Source: the human T2T-CHM13v2.0 reference genome, Homo sapiens
Reading direction: 5' to 3' (one strand)
Assembly: GCF_009914755.1 (NCBI RefSeq)
Contig: NC_060931.1
DNA: 64,000 bases
Shown: one piece after another, positions 46,631 through 62,834 of the stretch
Numbering within the stretch: the first letter of the stretch is position 1
Layout of the letters: each line of letters begins with the position of its first letter
The notes under the pieces: generated by a model
What the model was told of the DNA's origin: nothing
Database searches by the model: none
Seen by the model: only the letters and a program-made list of their open reading frames with translations
Translations under genes and position numbers: made by a program

Positions 46631-48060
46631 ATTTTCCCATTAAAAACTACGTATGAACCAATGGCACAGAGTATAGCATTTTTAGACAAGGACTTCACAA
46701 CAGTTACTATAACTGTATTTCATATGTTCCCCCATCAAAAAAGACGGACCATGTCAAATAGACATGGATAATAAGACAAATCAGTTAAAATGTATAATGT
46801 CTGTATGAGATTAACAGCAGATGGGACGTTATAGGAAAAGCAGAATATATTACCTCAGGGAGAAGAGTTTAACGCAAAGATTATTAACTGGTAACTGGAT
46901 AAAAGCTTTTAAGATAATACTGTTTTCATTAAAGATATTTTAGAAGTCAGAGGAATATTAAAAAGAGGGGAAATTATATAACCCCATAACACAGAGGCAA
47001 CCACTGGCCAGTGGAGCATTGGAATTTGTACAGCAATATCTCAGAAATTTATGAATCTCCAAATCCTCAAGTAACAGAAAAACAGCATATATCCTCCTCC
47101 TGGATATTTATGTGAGAAAGTGCAGAGAAAGGAAAAACTGAGGTACAGGGTCTGGGCAGCTGGCGACAGTCACCAACAAAAGTGGCTCCCTCCTACACAC
47201 CAACTTTATAAAGAGCACCATACAAATATATGTCTCAGAAGCAACCTTCAGATGTTTCTAAAATACTTAAAACCTTGATTGAGCTTAAAAGTAAATGTCT
47301 ACTATATTCTTTTTAAATCTATCCTTTTAAAATTTTACCCATGAGTTGTTTTGCTCTTATTATTTGTAATTATACTTATTTACAATGTCTTCTTTATTAA
47401 CTTAATGTTACATACATTTACCTACCCTAAGACGGTCCTTATAAAAATATCAATTTTTGACAGCTCCCAATATTTCATCAAATTAATGACCAAAATTTAC
47501 TTAACCTTCAGTTTAAGATGGAATATTTGTTATCATAAATGACTACTTTAAACATCTTTATAAAGATTTTCAATATCCAGAATTATTTTCTTGGGAGAGA
47601 ATCAAAGACAGAATTATTGGATCAAAGTAACACGTTAGCTTCTTGATACAAATTATCAAACTACTTTTCAAAATGGCTATACTACTTTATATGCTTTTTC
47701 CAATAATCTATGGGAGTAATTTAACCACAGATAGCACTGGATATTACTACTGTTTTTGAATATTATATATGCTTCTATAAGAAATATGTTCTCATTGATA
47801 GTCTAATCTAAGTTATGAAGCTGAATACTGTTTATTAACTATATTTCCTCTTGAGAATTTCTAAATAATTTTTGCTCCCTTTTTGTCTTAAATCCCTTTG
47901 TATTAATTATATAATAATATTCACTGTTTGCCTATCATATTTGCTATTTTCCTATTATTTTGTATTTTCCCAGTCTATTGATTTTTAAGTTATTTGTTTA
48001 CATATTATTTCTTGAGGCCATTCTCAGAACACAATCATAAAATTATCTAAAAAGCTCCAC

Positions 48061-49117
<1,057 letters not shown>

Positions 49118-49121
<4 letters not shown>

Positions 49122-50050
49122 GTAATTTGTTTTCCTCCTTTTCCTCTTCGTTGGTATTACTAGGAGATTACAAATTTTATTGATGTTTTCAAAGAGTCAA
49201 CTTTTGGTTTGATTGATTTTTCTCTATTTTCCTGTTTTCAATTTCATTGATTTCATCTTCTTTATTAGTTCTAATTTTGGATTTATTTTACCTTTTTTCT
49301 AGTTTCTTGAGGCAGGAGTTTGTATTATTGATTTGAGACCTTTTTCTAATAACAAAGTTTTTCTTCTAAAAACACAATGTTATTAAATTCCTTCTTAACT
49401 GCTGCGTTGGTTGCATCTCACAGATTTTGATTTTGTATTTTCATTTTCACTCAATTCAAAATCAAAGAGAAATTTCTCAGAGATCCTTTGTGATCCCTTG
49501 ATTATTTAAAAATGTACTAATTTTCAAAGGTTTAGAAAATTTCCTAATTTGATTCCATTATGATCAAAGAACAATTTTTTTTTTTTTTTGAGACGGAGTC
49601 TCCTTCTGTCTCCCAGGCTGGAGTGCAGTGGCGCAATCTCAGCTCACTGCAACCTCCCCATCCCCCGCCCCCAGGTTCAAGCTTCCTGCTTCACCTACCA
49701 CCACGTGTGGCTAATTTTTGTATTTTTATAGAGATGGGGTTTCACCATGTTGGCCAGTCTGGTCTTGAACTCCTGACCTCAAGTGATCAGCCTGCCTCGG
49801 CCTCCCAAAGTGCTGGGATTACAGGCATGAGCCACTGTGCCCAGCCAAAGAACATACTTTGTATTATTTCAATTCTTTTACATTTATAAGGTTTGTTTTG
49901 TGACCCAGAACATGGTCTATATTGGATAATGTTCCATGTGTAGTTGAGCAGAATTTGTATTGTTTTTGCTTGGTGGAGTGCTCTGTAGATGTCAATTAGA
50001 TCCTTAGTTTATGGTAGTGGTCACTGTTTATATATCCCTGCTGATTTTAC
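49118..50050 (-). mobile_element. L1M ORF2 fragment (antisense), interrupted by an Alu
   Basis: Reverse complement ...CTTTGAAAACATCAATAAAAT...CAAATTACTAAT is homologous to L1 ORF2 (compare 10420-10500 in this window). Confidence 0.75.
49574..49846 (-). mobile_element. AluS with internal deletion
   Basis: Antisense Alu missing part of the right arm; TSD AAAGAACA. Confidence 0.88.
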
Positions 50051-50594
50051 CTAGGGCATCTAAGGAGAGATATTGACAGTTATTTCTAGCTAGGTACTGA
50101 TTGGAAGGTAGGCATTCAATAAAGTACCTGAAATATCTTTCTGTTGACGATGGAGGGATGAGGTTTTGTTTAAATTCATGTTTTTAAAGTATAATGTCAT
50201 ATCAACAGTATCACAGTTAGAAAGTCAGGAAAAAAGGAAAAATGGTGCCCAGAAGAACAGATGGACAATGTATTTTCTTTCCATTGGCTCTGAGCAATTT
50301 TTTGTGGTAGCCAAAGCAGACACAGAGTGAGACTTAGGAAAGGAAAACTAATTCTCATTTTTAATAGTAAGGTATTTTCCTTCCCCCTTTTGTGAGAGAC
50401 ACAAAAAAGAAGACTTTTGATTCTAAATTTCCATGAAGCTTTGAAGAACAAGAAAGATGAACATGTCCTGAGAAGTGCCTTAGACTTGAAATATAAAGAT
50501 TCAGCTAAAGGAGTTTACTTAAGCCTGAGGCTATTCTATGCATAGTTTATGTGATGGTATCAATTAAGAACTAGTCAGAAAAATACAAATTTTA

Positions 50595-50971
<377 letters not shown>

Positions 50972-51487
50972 CTATCCCGATCAAAAGAATAATACCCTAT
51001 TATGAAAATAATAACTAATAACTTACATGTAGTTGTTTATGGTCTACAAAACGTGCTTCATGCATATTGCCTTACTTGCTCCATACAACCCTACTTGGTT
51101 AGCAACACAGGTTTTTTAATCTTCACTGTTGGAGTCTCAGAAAAGTTTAGTGATTTTTCTTGGGTCATAGAATTGAGCATAATTAAAGCACAGGTGTTCT
51201 CATTTCTAGTTCTGTATTCTTTCTATCATGTAATATTTGGCCTCTGAAAAGATGTACCTGTTTTCTCTAAAATTTTTGTAAGAAATAACTTTTAATTGAA
51301 ATATATTTTTACATATTTTAAAGATGTTTCAGTGAATATTTACTATTTCATTTTATGTAAAGATTAATTTCAAAGATTATTAAAAAGGTTTAATAGGTTT
51401 TCAAATATAGACTTATGGTTATTCTGTTACATGAACGTGTTATTTAATAGGCTTTGGTTATCTTCCCATTTAAAACTATAAACTCTT

Positions 51488-51787
<300 letters not shown>

Positions 51788-52300
51788 CTATAAATTCTTT
51801 ATGTGTTTTTGATGATGATGCCTTTCTCTATTTCATTTGATAAATATACCTCCTCCATTCTCTTTTTCTTTTTCTTTTATTTTTACTATTAGAAAAAAAT
51901 AGATAATTGGTGGTAAAATATTTTTTGTAATTCATTCATTCTTTAAAGGTTAAGAAATTATTTTTAGTTGGAATAAGCATTGTATTCATTAATTTTGTTT
52001 AAATTATTGGTTTTATATATTGTGAGCTTTTATTTATAATTTTTCTATTTGTCTAATTATATTTAGGCTATCACATATTAAAATCTTAAAATTTTAAGCC
52101 CACATTATTATGTTCTCTGTTCTCTATAAGCCATTTGCGTTTCTGTGCAAATACCACGACTTTAAAATTTTTGCCTTATAATTTTATTTTACTGTGTTTT
52201 CAATTATATTACACCTTATTAGCAACACTCTGCAACTGTATGTGAAAAATTGTCTTTAAAATATTTTTCTTCAAAGACATGTTTCATCATCAGATCTCTA

Positions 52301-53331
<1,031 letters not shown>

Positions 53332-53860
53332 ATCAGTAACAGGAATTAAAAAGAAGATATAACTATGGACCTCACAGACATATCATCGTGGAAAACTATG
53401 AATAACTGAACAACTTAGCAAAACGACCAGAGCTCATACAAGATTATCTGAGTTGATCTAGAACATTAAGGGAACTGAATTTGTAGTTTAAAACATTCTG
53501 AATAAGAAATCAACAGGCCCAGATGTTTTCATTATCACTGAAAAAAGAAATCAATTCTATACAATGAGAGAGGGAACATTTCCCAAAAGTAGGGAAACAA
53601 AGAATGCTACAGAACATTATCCCTCAAGAGATATACACAAAAGTCTTCAAAACACTAGCAAATGTGATTACCTTAATACAAAAACCAAAGACATTACAAA
53701 AAAAAAAAACCTACAAAATAATCTCCCTCAAGAGCAGAGATGCAAAAATATCAAGAAAATATTAGCAAACAGAATCTTGCAACATATGAAAAGAATAATA
53801 TGCCATGACCATGAGGAATTTCTTCTGGGAATGCAAGGAAGATACACACTGATAATTTAG
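53332..53860 (+). mobile_element. L1M ORF2 fragment (sense)
   Basis: CAGGAATTAAAAAGAAGATATAACTATGGACCTCACAGACAT...CAGGCCCAGATG...KILANRILQHMKRIICHD...GMQG. Confidence 0.75.
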
Positions 53861-54023
53861 AATTGTTTACTATGAACCCTTTAACAACAAACTAAGATTC
53901 TATAGCTAATAAGTCAACAAATGAGGTAAAATTTAAAAATAATGAAAAGAATGCAGGAAAACAATGAACAGATGACACAGATTGCAAAATATTTCTAGAA
54001 AATGCAAAGTAGAATGTAGGTTA

Positions 54024-54371
<348 letters not shown>

Positions 54372-55825
54372 TCAGAGAAGGGTGGAAGGGAGGTTTCACA
54401 TGGAAACTTTTGGGAGTGATAAATATGTTTATTATCTTGATTATGTTGATGCTTTCTCAGGCCTATAAATATATAAAAATGTATAAAGTTATATACTTTA
54501 AACAAGTGCAGGTTATTGACACCAATTATACCTCAACAAAACTTTTTTTTTTTTTTTGAAAAAAAGAAAAACTGCAAAAGAAATATATCAAACAGAGCTA
54601 TGGGGTTTATTCAACCCCTGAAAAAAGCATTTTCCCTCTTCACTATGCTTACAAAAGACATCAAGAAGGATTTTCTATTTCAAACAGCCATTAAATGCCT
54701 ATATGCTTAGCACTGTATAAAGACGGAAACAGATATTAATTCTACATTTACATTATACCTTTTTTGACAGACTAGAAAACAGAATTATAAACCAGGCTGT
54801 CCCCTATCCAAAATCCTGCATGATACCCTTATATACATTAAAGTGTTTTGTTCCCAAAGAGCTAAACTTGATCACATAATTCTTAATTATGGATGCTAGA
54901 GGGTCTGCTTCACTCAGGTCCAAGCACTCCAAAAAATTAAAAGCTTAGTGGACACTGACTTTGCAATATATTAATAGGTGTTATAACTTAAGGGAATCCT
55001 AGGGTAAACACAAAATTAAGTAGGTACTTTACCACAATACTCCTCAAAACCATTACTGTGCACAATGAACATCCAAAAGAAGAATATAATATATAACATT
55101 TCCCACATCTATTTATCCACAGGATACCATCCATCCCCCACTTTTTTCCCTTCAGATTTTTCAAAAGATCCAGTAAGACTAAAACCCATGGAACACACTT
55201 AGAAAAACACAGTGACTACTTCATACTGGTTTAGACGCAATACTAAAAGAAACAAAATCCATATAAATCCACTGATAGAAGCCCTTTGTTTACTCCTTTA
55301 AAAATCAGGTCAATAAAGGGTCTTATTAATATAGTATAAAGCACTTACAAGCAATAATACAGGGGTGAGACTCTGTCTCCAAAAAAAAAAAAAAAGATGA
55401 GGAAGATACACATCTATTTATATCCTACTCTCCTATGAAGAGTCTCCATCATATAAACATTAATGACCACAGAATCTTCATATACATGATACCGTAACAA
55501 CTTCTAGTCAGATTAATTTTTATTCTATTTCTGAATTTTACTAAAAAAAAAAAAACACAAGAAATATTATATAGGTATTATGAGAGTCACATATCCACAG
55601 TCAGAAGAGTCCTTACTATGACGAAATAACATAAACATTATTAATGGTAATTACTAAGGTCTGCAAATTTTAAGGGCTTTAAGTTAACTCAGAATATCTA
55701 CTCTCTAATCTACACATTACAGATGCAATACGCTGATGTAAAAGGTTAGAAGAACTACCTGGGGTGATAATACAATAAGTCATCAGAAATAACAATAATA
55801 ATAAACATTCATATAATGCTTACTA

Positions 55826-56245
55826 TGTGTTATGGGTTGAACTGTGTCTCCCTAAAATTCATATGTTGAAGTCCTAATTCCCAGTACCTCAAAATGTGAG
55901 CTTATTTAAACATAGGACTGTTGCCACTAATTCAATATGACTAGTGTCCTTATATTATAAAAAGAGGAAACTTGGACAATACCCACACATGGAGAATGCT
56001 ATGTGAAGACAAGGGCAGAGACGGGGGTAAAGTTTCCATAAGCCAAAGAACTCCCAAGACTGCCAGCAAACCAAAGCTAGGCAAGAGGCATGGAACAGCT
56101 TCTCCCTTATGGACCACACAAGGAAGCAAACTTACTGACATCTTGATTTTGGACTTCTAGCCTCCAGAATTGTAAGACAACACATTTCTGTTATTTAAGC
56201 CACCCAGTTTGTGGTACTTTGTTATAGCAGCTCGAGCACTACAGA
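55826..56245 (+). mobile_element. MLT1B/C MaLR LTR inserted in a MIR
   Basis: TGTTATGGGTTGAACTGTGTCTCCC...CCAGAATTGTAAGAC...; MIR-like sequence on both sides. Confidence 0.75.
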
Positions 56246-56423
56246 CCCTATGTCTCCAGACACTGTTATAAGAACCTGTATATTACTCATTTAATACAAC
56301 AACTCATTTAATACATTTATCTGCTCCACTTTACAGATGATCAAACTGAGGCACACAGCAGTTAATTAACTTGCCCAAGTTCATAATTACTAAGGCAGGA
56401 TTTGGAAAGTGACGCAAATGGTG

Positions 56424-56778
56424 TTTGTCTTAGTTCAGGCTGCTATAACAAGGTACCATAAACTGGGTGGCTTATAAACAACTGAAACTTACTTCTCACA
56501 ATTCTGGAAGCTGGAAGTTCAAGATCAGGGTGCCAACATGGTCAGCTTCTGGTAAGGTCTCTCTTCTGGGCTGTAGGCTTGTATCCTCATATGGCAGAAG
56601 AGGGCAAGAGGGCTCTCTGGGATCCCTTTTTCAAAGACACTAATAGCATTCATAAGGGCTCCACCATGATGACCTAATAACTTCTCAAAAGCCCTTCCTC
56701 CTAATATCACCACATTAGGAGGTAAGAATTTCAAAATATGAATTTGGGGGAGACATAAACATTCTGTCCATTGCAGTG
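56424..56778 (-). mobile_element. MaLR LTR (MLT1A/MSTD-like)
   Basis: GTCTTAGTTCAGGCTGCTATAACAAGGTACCATAAACTGG...AAACATTCTGTCCATTGCA. Confidence 0.8.
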
Positions 56779-57497
56779 TTGTTGCTAGAATGGCCCCATA
56801 GTGTAGCTGTGTGTTTCAACTGTCTGGGGCATTCAGATCAAAGTTTGATTCTCTAGACCTGTAAAACTTTGTTCTCTTTATACATTCTAAAATCTTATAA
56901 TAAATCCTTTCTACTTAAATTGGGTATAGTAGATTCAGTTGATCTCAACTAGGAACCCTAACTTCAGTAAGGAACTGGAGTTCTGGAGAAAGATGAAGTA
57001 CTTAAAGAAACTGACAGTGGTTGCAGCCCCAGAAAAATATCCGAGTAATCTCTGACTACTATTCGATAATATGGGTTTCGAGGTTTGCACGACAGCAGTG
57101 AAGGGCCAATCTGACAAACCTGGCCACAAAAATCAATTCCTCTGGTCTTGTTCATCTATATGATCATAAACACTTTATTGACCTCTCTCCAAAAGTAAGG
57201 CTATATAGATAGACCACACTGGAGTCCAGCTGAAGAGTGGAGGTCATGAGGTAAGGAAAATAATGGAGGGTTCCAAACTACCACGGACTTCAAGAGAGGT
57301 GACCAGAGATCAGCAACTGAGATTTGGCTTTTCCTATACATCAAAATTGACATGGCCCAAACTTGATAATTTCTTCTCTTATTCACTTTTCTTCACTAAA
57401 CTCCCTTCATGTTAACTCCCTGTGAAAACACTGCACACACAAATTATTTCACAACTTGAGAATTAAATACATTTTAGGACAAAAATATATACTCTTC

Positions 57498-58713
57498 TGT
57501 TATGGACTGAATTGTATTATGCAAAAAAAGATGTACTGAAGTCTTAACCCTCAGTACCTGTAAATGTGACTTTACTTGGAAGCAGGGTTTTCCCAGGTGT
57601 AATACAGTTGACACTGGATTTTTCTCGGTGACTTTTGCCAGCTGGACCTCCTCCAGCTGGTGACGCCTCCACCGAAGCCTCGCTCAGCCCCAGGCCTGCC
57701 ACTGGAGACATCCTACCCACTCAGCCCACTGGGCTGTGCCTTGCTCGTGCACCAGCTCAGCCTGTGGCTGGGCTGGGATTGCCCCAGCCCACCCATGTTA
57801 CAGCTCATACACACATTCAGCAGTTCCCAAGTTCTTGTCCTGCATCCAAGAAGAATGACATTACACTGACCATCAAGGGTTGAGAAGGGCAGAGAAGAGT
57901 GTTATTAAGCAACAGGACAGCTCTCAGCAGAGAGGGGATATGAGGGTGGTCCCCCACTCAAAGGCGGGTATCTCTCCTTCAGTGTGGCTGGGTCCGAAGC
58001 TTTTATGGGCTCAGAATGGGAAGTGCGTGCTGACTGGTTTGTGAGTATGCAAAAAAGACTACAACCAAGGCACCACTCAAAGGTGGGCTCGACAGTATAA
58101 AAAACCAATTAGGAAAGGGTAGGTATATGTAAAACAGGTGAAAGGTGGGGATCAATAAGAGGAAAGTACGCCAAACAGGAAGAGAGGTTCTCAATATGGT
58201 ATGCGGATTTATATAAGACTTGTAGGTTGGCCTTCACACTTTAAATTGTCTTTCATTTGAAGGTGGGGTTTCATCAGGGACCTGCCCCTGTCTGCTTAGG
58301 ATTTGTCTGCCTCCTGCTACTATCCTAGTTAAAATAAAGTTAAACTGGATTAGGGTGGCCCCTAATCCAATGACTGGTGCCCCTAAAAGACACCTTTTAA
58401 GGAACATTTGGACCCAGCTACAGAGAGGAGAATGCCATGTAAAGCCACAGAGACCTAGGAGAAAGCCATGTGAAGATAGAGGCAGAGACTGGAATGACAC
58501 ATTTATAAGTCAAGCAACAACAAGAATGACCACAATCACCAAAAGCTACAGGAGGCAAAGAAGGATTCCTCCCCTAGAGCCTTCAGAGAGAGTATGGCTC
58601 TGTTAACACCTTTACTTCAAACTTCTAGCCTCCAGAACTATGTAAGAATAATTCTGTTGTTTTAAGGCACTCAGTTTGAGTAATGTGCTGCAGTAGCCCT
58701 AGGAAACTAAAAC
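57498..58713 (+). mobile_element. MLT1C/D LTR split by an ERV1 LTR
   Basis: 5' part 57498-57609 and 3' part ~58327-58713 (...CCCTAGGAAACTAAAACA); AGTT on both sides of the insert. Confidence 0.7.
57610..58326 (-). mobile_element. ERV1 solo LTR (LTR27/28-like)
   Basis: The minus strand begins GATAGTAGCAGGAGGCAGACAAATCCTAAGCAGACAGGGGCAGGTCCC; contains CCAAT-like and CCCATAAAAG motifs and a GC-rich 3' part. Confidence 0.65.
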
Positions 58714-59329
58714 ATCTTCTCTCTGTTATATTCATTTTTTTTCTATCTTCAATCAACCCCCAATTTAGGCCTGAAGCTATAGACCAAAAGAGTTAACTGA
58801 GAATTGAAGTCAGTGAAGGTTCCACATGCAGAGCAGCTGCAGGATGAGCTGTTTAATCTTCTACACAACACTCACTGGCGTATTACTAGCAAGTTCTCAT
58901 ATTTTCTTAGCTCAAGAGCTCTTGAGCTACTAAACACAATTTGCATAATGAATGAATATGCTTATAAAGAGAAGTTAGGAAGGTAGAACAAAAACTATAT
59001 TGGCTTGAAGCACAGGCATCAGATATTTTGCTAAATAAAATGGAGGTCACCATGTCAATTCCACCATGAACATTTCTTGTCTGCTGTTTAAAAAAAGCCA
59101 AGAATGAGTGTGTGACAAACCTATTGTACAATGAAAGATACTAAGTAACAGAATATTACTAAGAGTACCACTTAAAATTTTATCTAAAATATTTTAGCTG
59201 TCCCTTACTATAGGGAATCTTTAGGGAACAACCATATTTTACTTAATCCTTCAAAGGAACTAAATAAAATATCATCTTGGAAGAGTAGCATATTATGGAT
59301 CTGACAGCTCAGAGGGAGTAGAATGTTAC

Positions 59330-60748
59330 CATATGTCTTTTTAATTTTAGTCATTCTTGGGGGTGTAAAGTGGTATATCATTGTGGTTTGATTTGCATTT
59401 TCCTAATGACTAATGATACTGACCACCTTTTCATGTGCTCATTGGCCATTTGCACATCTTCTCTGGAGAAACGCCTATATTCAAGTCTTTGCCCAGTTTT
59501 TTTTTTTTTTAAGAGATGGGGTCTTGCTATGTTGCCAAGGCTGATCTCCAACTCCTGGAGCTCAAGCAGTCCTACTGTTTCAACCTCCAGAGTAGCAGGG
59601 ACTACAGGACTGTGTCTGGCTTTTGCTCATTTTTTAGTTGGTGATATGGTTTGGCTGTGTCCCTACCCAAATCTTATCTTGAACTGTAGCTCCCAAAATT
59701 CCCACATGTTGTGAGAGGGACCTGGTGGGAGGTAATCCAATTATGGGGACGGGTCTTTCCTGTGACAATGAATAAGTCTCATGAGATCTGATGGTTTTAT
59801 GAAGGAGAGTTTCCCTGCACAAGTTCTCTTCTCTCATCTGCTGCCATGTGAGACGTGCCTTTCACCTTCCACCATGATAATGAGGCCTCCCTAGCCCCAT
59901 GGAACTGTCAGTCCATTAAACCTCTTTCTTTTGTAAATTGCTCACTCTTGGGTATGTCTTTATCAGTAGCATGAAAACGGACTAATACAGTTGGGTTGTC
60001 TTTTTTGAGTTGTAAGGGTCCTTTATATATTTTGTATGCAAGCACCCTGTGTCAGATACATGATTTAAAAACATCTTTTCTGATTCTGTGGATTGTCTTT
60101 TCACTTTCTTGATAATGTCCTTTAATGTGCAAAAGTTTTAAATTTTGATGAAGTGTAATTTATCTCATTTCCTTTTGTCACTTGTGCTTTTGGTGTTTTA
60201 TCTCAGAAACCAAGGTCACAATAATTTACTCATGTTTTCTTCTAACAGATTGTATGGTTTTAGATCTTTAGGTATATGATACATTTTTAGTTCCTTTTTT
60301 GCATGGTATGAGGAAGTGATATATATTCATTCTTTTGCATGTAGACACTGGTTGTCCCAGGACAATTTTTTGAAAAGACTATTCATTACCAATTACATTG
60401 TCTTCACATTCTTGTTAAAAATTAATTAACTATAAATGTCAGAGTTTATTTCTGGACTCTCAATTCTATTTCACTGATCTACATATCTATCTTTATGCCA
60501 TTACCAGACTGTATGAATTATTGTAGCTCTGTACTAAGTTTTAAAATCAGTATGTGTAAGTCCTCCAGCTGTGTTCTTTCTCAAGTTGATTTTGGCTATT
60601 CTTTTTAGAATTTGTTTTAGCTATTCTGGGTTGCTTGCATTCCAGTATGAATTTTAGGATCATTTTACAATATCTGCAGCAAACACCAATTCGGATTCTG
60701 ATAAGGACTGCACTGAATCTATAAAACAATTTGGGAAGTGCTGCCATC
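59330..60748 (-). mobile_element. L1M (L1MB-like) 3' ORF2 fragment with nested FLAM (~59497-59620) and THE1
   Basis: GTGGTATATCATTGTGGTTTGATTTGCATTTTCCTAATGACTAATGAT and downstream antisense L1 motifs. Confidence 0.78.
59642..59989 (+). mobile_element. THE1 (B/C-like) solo LTR
   Basis: TGATATGGTTTGGCTGTGTCC...GGACTAATACA; 5-bp TSD GTTGG. Confidence 0.9.
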
Positions 60749-61252
60749 TGTGCTAGGCATATTAATGTACTCTAAGGATATCCAACAACCTAATCCTCAG
60801 AATTTGTGAAATGCTACCTTACATGCTAAAAGGAACAATGCAGATATGCCATGGGTCTTGAGATGGGGAGGTTATCCTGGATAGGCCCTAATAAAATCAC
60901 AAGTGATTTTATAAAATAGAGGCAGTGGGAGATTTGATTACAGAAGAAGGCACTGTGAGAATGGAAGCAGGAGGAGAAAAGGTGATACGATGCAGGGCCA
61001 TTAACCAAGGGAAGTGGACAACCTCCAAAAACCAAAAAAACAAACAAACAAAAAAAACAAAACCAAAAACAAACAAACAGAAAACTAACTTACAGTGTTC
61101 CGAAGGAACCAGCTCTGCTGACATTTTGATTTTAGTCCCTTAAAACTCATTTCACACTTCTAATCTCCAGATTTGTAAAAAAATAAATCTGTATTGTTTT
61201 AAGCCATCAAATTTGTGGTAATTTGTTACAGCATCCCTAATGAACTAATACA
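60749..61252 (+). mobile_element. MLT1D/E MaLR LTR
   Basis: TTACATG...GAGATGGGGAGGTTATCCTGGAT...GAACTAATACA. Confidence 0.72.
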
Positions 61253-61674
61253 CCCAATACATCCTAAGTGTGTTTGCACATAACAACAGAGTTTGATATA
61301 AATGTAGCAAAAATAAAAAAGAATGAAATTTGAAAATCTACAATTATGTCAAATAGTTTTATATCCTTTTATAAATAATTGATAAAACAGGCAGACAAAA
61401 AATCAGTAAAGATATCTATAGAGGGAGATAACACAAACATGGCAAAGGTTTTACAACTGGCAAATCTAGGTTATGGGTAAGGGGTGTTTATTTTACTATT
61501 CTTTCAACTTTTCTCTAATTTAAAACTTTTTAAAATAAAAAGATGGGGAAAATCACTGAAGTATAGAGAATATATGAAAGATAATCTATTTTTTATTTGG
61601 GGCATCATCAAACTCTATCATCTTACTATTAGATTTTATTATTTACTAGAAAAATCCTATTTGCCACATTGATT

Positions 61675-61986
61675 TTCTTTTTAATTTTTTTAGACAGGGT
61701 CTCGTTCTGTCACCCAGGCTGGATTGCAATGGCACAAACATAGCTCACTGTGGTCTCAACTTCCCAAGCTCAAGCCTCAGGATACTGAGGCTCAACTTCC
61801 TCTCACCTCAGCCTCCAACGTAGCTGGGACCACAGGCATGCACCACCACACCTAGCTAATTTTTTTATTTTTTGTAGAGACAATGTCTCACTTTGTTGCC
61901 TAGGCTGGTCTAGAACTCCTGAGTTCAAACAATCTGCCTGCCCTCAGCCTCCCAAAGTGCTAAGATTAAAGGTACGAACCTGCCCA
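61675..61986 (-). mobile_element. AluJ
   Basis: Diverged antisense Alu with J-type positions (CATAGCTCACTG, CACTTTGTTGCCTAGGCTGG). Confidence 0.85.
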
Positions 61987-62834
61987 ATCAACAATGACTT
62001 TTAAATAAAGGTCAGACTGCAAATACAGAGCCTAAAGAACTGCTATTTTAAACAGGAAGTGTGTGTGTGTGTTTGTGTGTGTGTGCATGAACATTTTATT
62101 GTAAAAATATCATGAAAGAAGAGAGAATGATCCTTTGTACCCATTACTGAGTTTCAACAATTACCATCATTTTGCCATTCTTATTTTGACCATATCCTAT
62201 CTCATGTGTTTGAATGCTTTGGCATAAGCATTAAATCTTAAGTACAAAAAGAATAATCAAAAAGAGTATGACAATAATGACCAAGTGAAAAGACCATAAT
62301 GTTCTATAAAAATAACTGCTCTGTAGTAAACTAAAGTTGAAAAAGTAAACACAGAGAGGTCAGACAAAACATTGCTGGGTTAAAATAAAATTCAAACTGA
62401 TAAAATATGCCAGGCTGCAAAATATTTTGGCAATTCAAGAGTAATTGATATACAAAAGAGAGGGAGTGGAAGTTAACAGGATAGTACCACCTAATCCTCT
62501 GAGGACATGAACTTAGGATACTGAAATAAGAACATGACATAAGTACAGACCACAGGAAAATACCATAATGCTTAAAAACTCAAATGCAATCGTTTCAGTG
62601 TAAGAATATCACTTAACCAAAAATTACCATTAATATCAAACTGGCCTTATAAGAAAAGCTGCCTCTACATGAAAATAAAGTCTTTTCTACTTAAAAAATT
62701 CTAACTAGGAAGAAAAATGGGGATTTCTGAAGTCATATTCTATTTATAGTACATATATTCTACCATGTACTATAAAAAGTCCAGGGATGCATCCATTTTC
62801 GCAAAAAAAATTCTACAAAAAATTTTCTATTTTT

